A stretch of 64,000 bases of DNA from NCBI RefSeq assembly GCF_036365525.1, contig NC_090396.1:73712605-73776604 (forward strand), in the 5' to 3' direction. Source of the stretch: Heterodontus francisci (taxonomy: Eukaryota). Below, in pieces: positions 60,683 to 64,000 of the stretch. Within the stretch, counting starts at the first letter, position 1. Each line of letters starts with the position of its first letter. The translations under genes and the position numbers were made by a program. A model generated the notes under the pieces. That model made no database searches, was not told the DNA's origin, and saw nothing but the letters and a program-made list of their open reading frames with translations.

Positions 60683-63600
60683 CCTCCACACCCAGGGGAA
60701 TGATTTGAAAACAAAAAGTGCATTTCATTAACAGGTTTGATATAAGATGCATTTCTCTCATTCATTTCCATTCATTCATGAATCCTAAAGCTTAGTAAAA
60801 TTGTCTTTTCTGGGTGCCACTGCTGCTTTAATTTCCCCCTTTTGGCATCCCAGTAACCATGTGGTTCTTTGGGGAAGCAGTTTTTCCGTTTGCCCATTGC
60901 CATGACTGCCAAGGGTCTTGGTTGCTGCTGAGGTAATTTTTTTTTCAGCAGAGTTAGTAGAGGTCGGGTCTATCCTGAACTCTGTGCTTTGCTGAGTCAT
61001 GCAAAGGCTTTTGACTTCAGAGGATGGGTGGTTCCCTTTTTCTGTGACTGTGGGGGAGGATTCTTTGTTCACCTCCCCTTTGTTCTCTGGGACACCCCTG
61101 CCTTTAGGTGTTTGTGCAGACATGACTGCACCCTCCTGTGGAACTTCGATGAGGTGAGGCATCACCCTCACGGTTTCTGTGCCCCCGGTGGTCTTTCTTT
61201 GTCTCTGCAGGTTCCTGTAAATGCTGATAGCAACTCTGCTTCTAATGTTGACATTTACATAGGAGGATGTGCGGTCTAACTTTTCACATTTTTCAGGGTT
61301 GGCTGACCGGACAGTAGGAGTTTTCATCCGGGATTCCTCCCGGACTTCCTTTAATCTACCCTCTTGGTCATTTTTTCCCCTTCTCTTTCTAAACTTTTGC
61401 CAGCTGTGTGCCTGCCTGTCCCCTTTTGTTCTCGGTGGGGGTCCCTTACAGTTCACCCGCCTTCTGCTGGAGGGTCCTCCTAAAACCGGTACAGGACTTA
61501 AGGGTGCAGGTTTCACGGTAGGTTGGGGTTTCTCCTCATGCTGGCACATGTGGCAACTTCTGCAGTACTGCATCACATCTTTGTGGAGTTTTGGCCAGTC
61601 AAATTGCTGTCTTATATGGGCTTTGGTCTTTCGTATACCAGCATGTACAGCCACTGTAGTCTCATGGGCCCTTCTTAATATTTCTCCCCAGTACCTCTGT
61701 GGCACCACTAACTGGTGAACTACTGTCCACTCCTTTCTCTCAGGTCTGTGATGAGAACTCCATTTCCTCATCAGTACCTCATTCTTTAAATAGTAGCAAT
61801 CAGGGACTCCCTCTGCTTCACTTTCAGATTGGCAGCCTGTGCTAACTCTCGCAATACTAGGTCGGCTCGCTGAGCCTCAGCTAGGGAAAATCCATTTAAT
61901 TCATTCCCAGGGTCTCTATAACTTTCCAAAGAAAGTCTCAGACAGGCAGACCTCATGGTCATCTGCCTGCAGTGCCAATGCAGCCTCCTCTGGGGGAGCT
62001 GGTTTGATCATGGCCTGATCCACTACACATTCAAGGACTCTGCAGGGGTCTGTGTCCTGCCACTGCCCTGTCTCTCTGACCTCCTGCGGTCTTTCTTTCA
62101 CTACTGGGGGGGCTACCACCTTCACCCCCGCCAGATCATTACCTAGGAGCAGGTCAACCCCGTCCACAGGCAAACTAAGGACGATTCCTATGGTCACCGG
62201 TCCAGAAATTAGGTCGCACTCCAGGTGCATCTGGTGTACAGGTACATGCATATACTGCCCTCCAATGCCATTCGCCACCATTTTGGTGTTCACTGCACTC
62301 TCTGGGGGAAAGGTCAGGCCTTTTGCCAGTAAAAGGGATCTAGTGGCCCCTGTGTCCCTGAGAATTACAGGAGGGATAGTGGGAACTCCCTTGCTATCCC
62401 CACTCGAGGGGTACTTTCCCTTCAAACACAAAACCCTGATAGCCTTCAGGAATCCTATTAGCTTTTCCTGCACTAGCCATAGTAAGCTTCCTGGGTTGCT
62501 CTCTTACTGCAGTTAAAGCCACAGATTGTTCTGCTGTGCTTTCCATCAGTGTCCTGTCTTCACTGAGCAGGTGTGCCCTGATTAACCCAACTGGTTTTCC
62601 CTTTAGTTTCCAGCAGTCAGCTTTTAAATTCCCTGCTTTTTTACAATGGAAGCACACAGGTCTCCGGGTCTCACTGTTGCTCACAGCACCTTCCTTTTTG
62701 GCTGGAGGAGGGCCTCCTGTGTCTCCTGCTCTCCTTTCTCTCCCAGGACTGCCTGCGTGGAGATCACCTTCCCACCCTTTGTCCTTTTCAGATTTGTGGG
62801 GGTGATTAGGAAAGATTCTCCCCTGGGAAACGGACTTATAAATTAAAGCAAACTCATCGGCCAGAACGGCCGCTTGCTGGGCTCTCTGAACCTGCTGCTC
62901 CTCCACATGGGTCTTTATTGAGAGTGGGAGAGAGTTTTTAAATTCCTCTAATAGAACTACATCCCTGAGATTCTCATAGATGAGCTGTATTTTAAGAGCC
63001 CTCAGACACTGGTCAAAAGACAGCTGCTTACTTCTTTCAAACTCCAGATAAGTTTGGCTAGCTTGCTTTTTGAGGGTTCTAAACTTCTGGCGATAGGCTT
63101 CATATGCCCTGAGGATAGCATTTTTGGTCAGTTCATAATTTGATGAACCCTCATCTGGCAGCAAGGACTAAACCTCATGAGCTTTTGCAGTTAGCTTGCT
63201 TTGTAGTAAAAGAGATCAGTTCTCAGCTGGCCATTTTAGCTGCCTCACCAGTTTCTCAAACAATGCAAAAAATGCTTCCACATTTTCCTCATTGAATTTT
63301 GGAATTAGTTGAGCGAGTTTTAGCAGTTTTGTACCCAACCCTGAATTATACTCCTCCGTATTGGCCATGCTTTCACTGGGGTTCCTCTGTCACCCCCTCG
63401 TTAACTCAAGCCGCTTCAGCTCTCTTTCTTTGGATTCTTTCTGGAATATTCTTTCTCTCGCTCTCTCCTCTCTCTCTCATTCCTTCTCCTGTCTATCTCT
63501 CATTCTCTCCTGCCCTACACTTTCTTCACGTTCCTTCTGGAAGACTCTCTTCACATTCCTTTTGGAAGGCTCTCTCTCCCTCTCTCTTTCCTCAAATTCA

Positions 63601-63973
63601 AGTTTCCTCTGTTCCAATTGTATCTTTGCTAGCAGTACCCTGTCGGACTCTGCTTCTAACACTGCTTCTGCTTCTTCAGATTCAAGAGAAAAATGGTTGA
63701 CCACTGGTCTTAGGAGTTCAGACTTCCTAGCCTTGCCACGATACAGTGATCCCACACTGCTTGGCCATTTTCCCAACTCCTCCATCGACAGTGCTTTTAA
63801 CTTATCTCAAGTTACTTCACCCTTGTTTGGAGAGCTACTAGCTTCAGTTGTAGACATGTTAGTATTCAATTACATGCAACTACAAGAAAACCTGTATTAA
63901 AATCTTGCTCCTTTTTTGATTAGGAACAATTTGGCTTCCCACTTCGAATTTCTCTCGTTTGTCTATGGGTAAA

Positions 63974-63993
63974 ATTCCGGACGCTAGCACCCA
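63974..63993 (-). other. Degenerate tRNA-Pro primer-binding site
   Basis: Minus strand TGGGTGCTAGCGTCCGGAAT versus canonical TGGGGGCTCGTCCGGGAT, located just upstream of gag; the 5' LTR is expected immediately beyond the window. Confidence 0.55.
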
Positions 63994-64000
63994 AATTTCT

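Larger units (their letters stand above)
59822..64000 (-). mobile_element. Defective Ty3/Gypsy LTR retrotransposon, Gmr1-like (gag/SCAN-like, zinc knuckle, protease, integrase zinc finger)
   Basis: ORFs 63477-63785, 62394-63164 (LLEEFKNSLP...A..LADEF, CFHCKKAGNLKADC), 61916-62473 (LRDTGA), 60785-61771 (HHCC: AHE...HAGI...CRSCHMC); no RT/RNase H. Confidence 0.85.

Overview
Repeat-dense eukaryotic genomic DNA; the repeat families (HE1/V-SINE-like and Deu-domain SINEs, CR1, L2, RTE) point to a cartilaginous fish, probably a shark. The window looks like the interior of a very large + strand gene. Two clear RANGAP1-like exons are present (41153-41287 and 46708-46866, canonical AG/GT, both phase 0), and no other RanGAP exon could be recognised. 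Most of the rest is transposon-derived: many CR1 LINE copies (one with an open 461-aa RT fragment), a young RTE family (one long open ORF plus nested copies), L2 LINEs, three SINE families, PIF/Harbinger elements and MITEs, Penelope-like terminal fragments, two large tandem arrays (70-bp and 36/37-bp units), and a defective Gmr1-like Gypsy LTR element running off the right edge. The two most notable structures are (i) a 5.4-kb palindromic Harbinger composite flanked by one ACT duplication and ending about 240 bp upstream of a RANGAP1 exon, and (ii) several Penelope-type minimal hammerhead ribozyme motifs, whose host module also occurs as inverted pairs. Boundaries of old repeats are approximate (read by eye) and family names rest on recalled motifs, not database searches.
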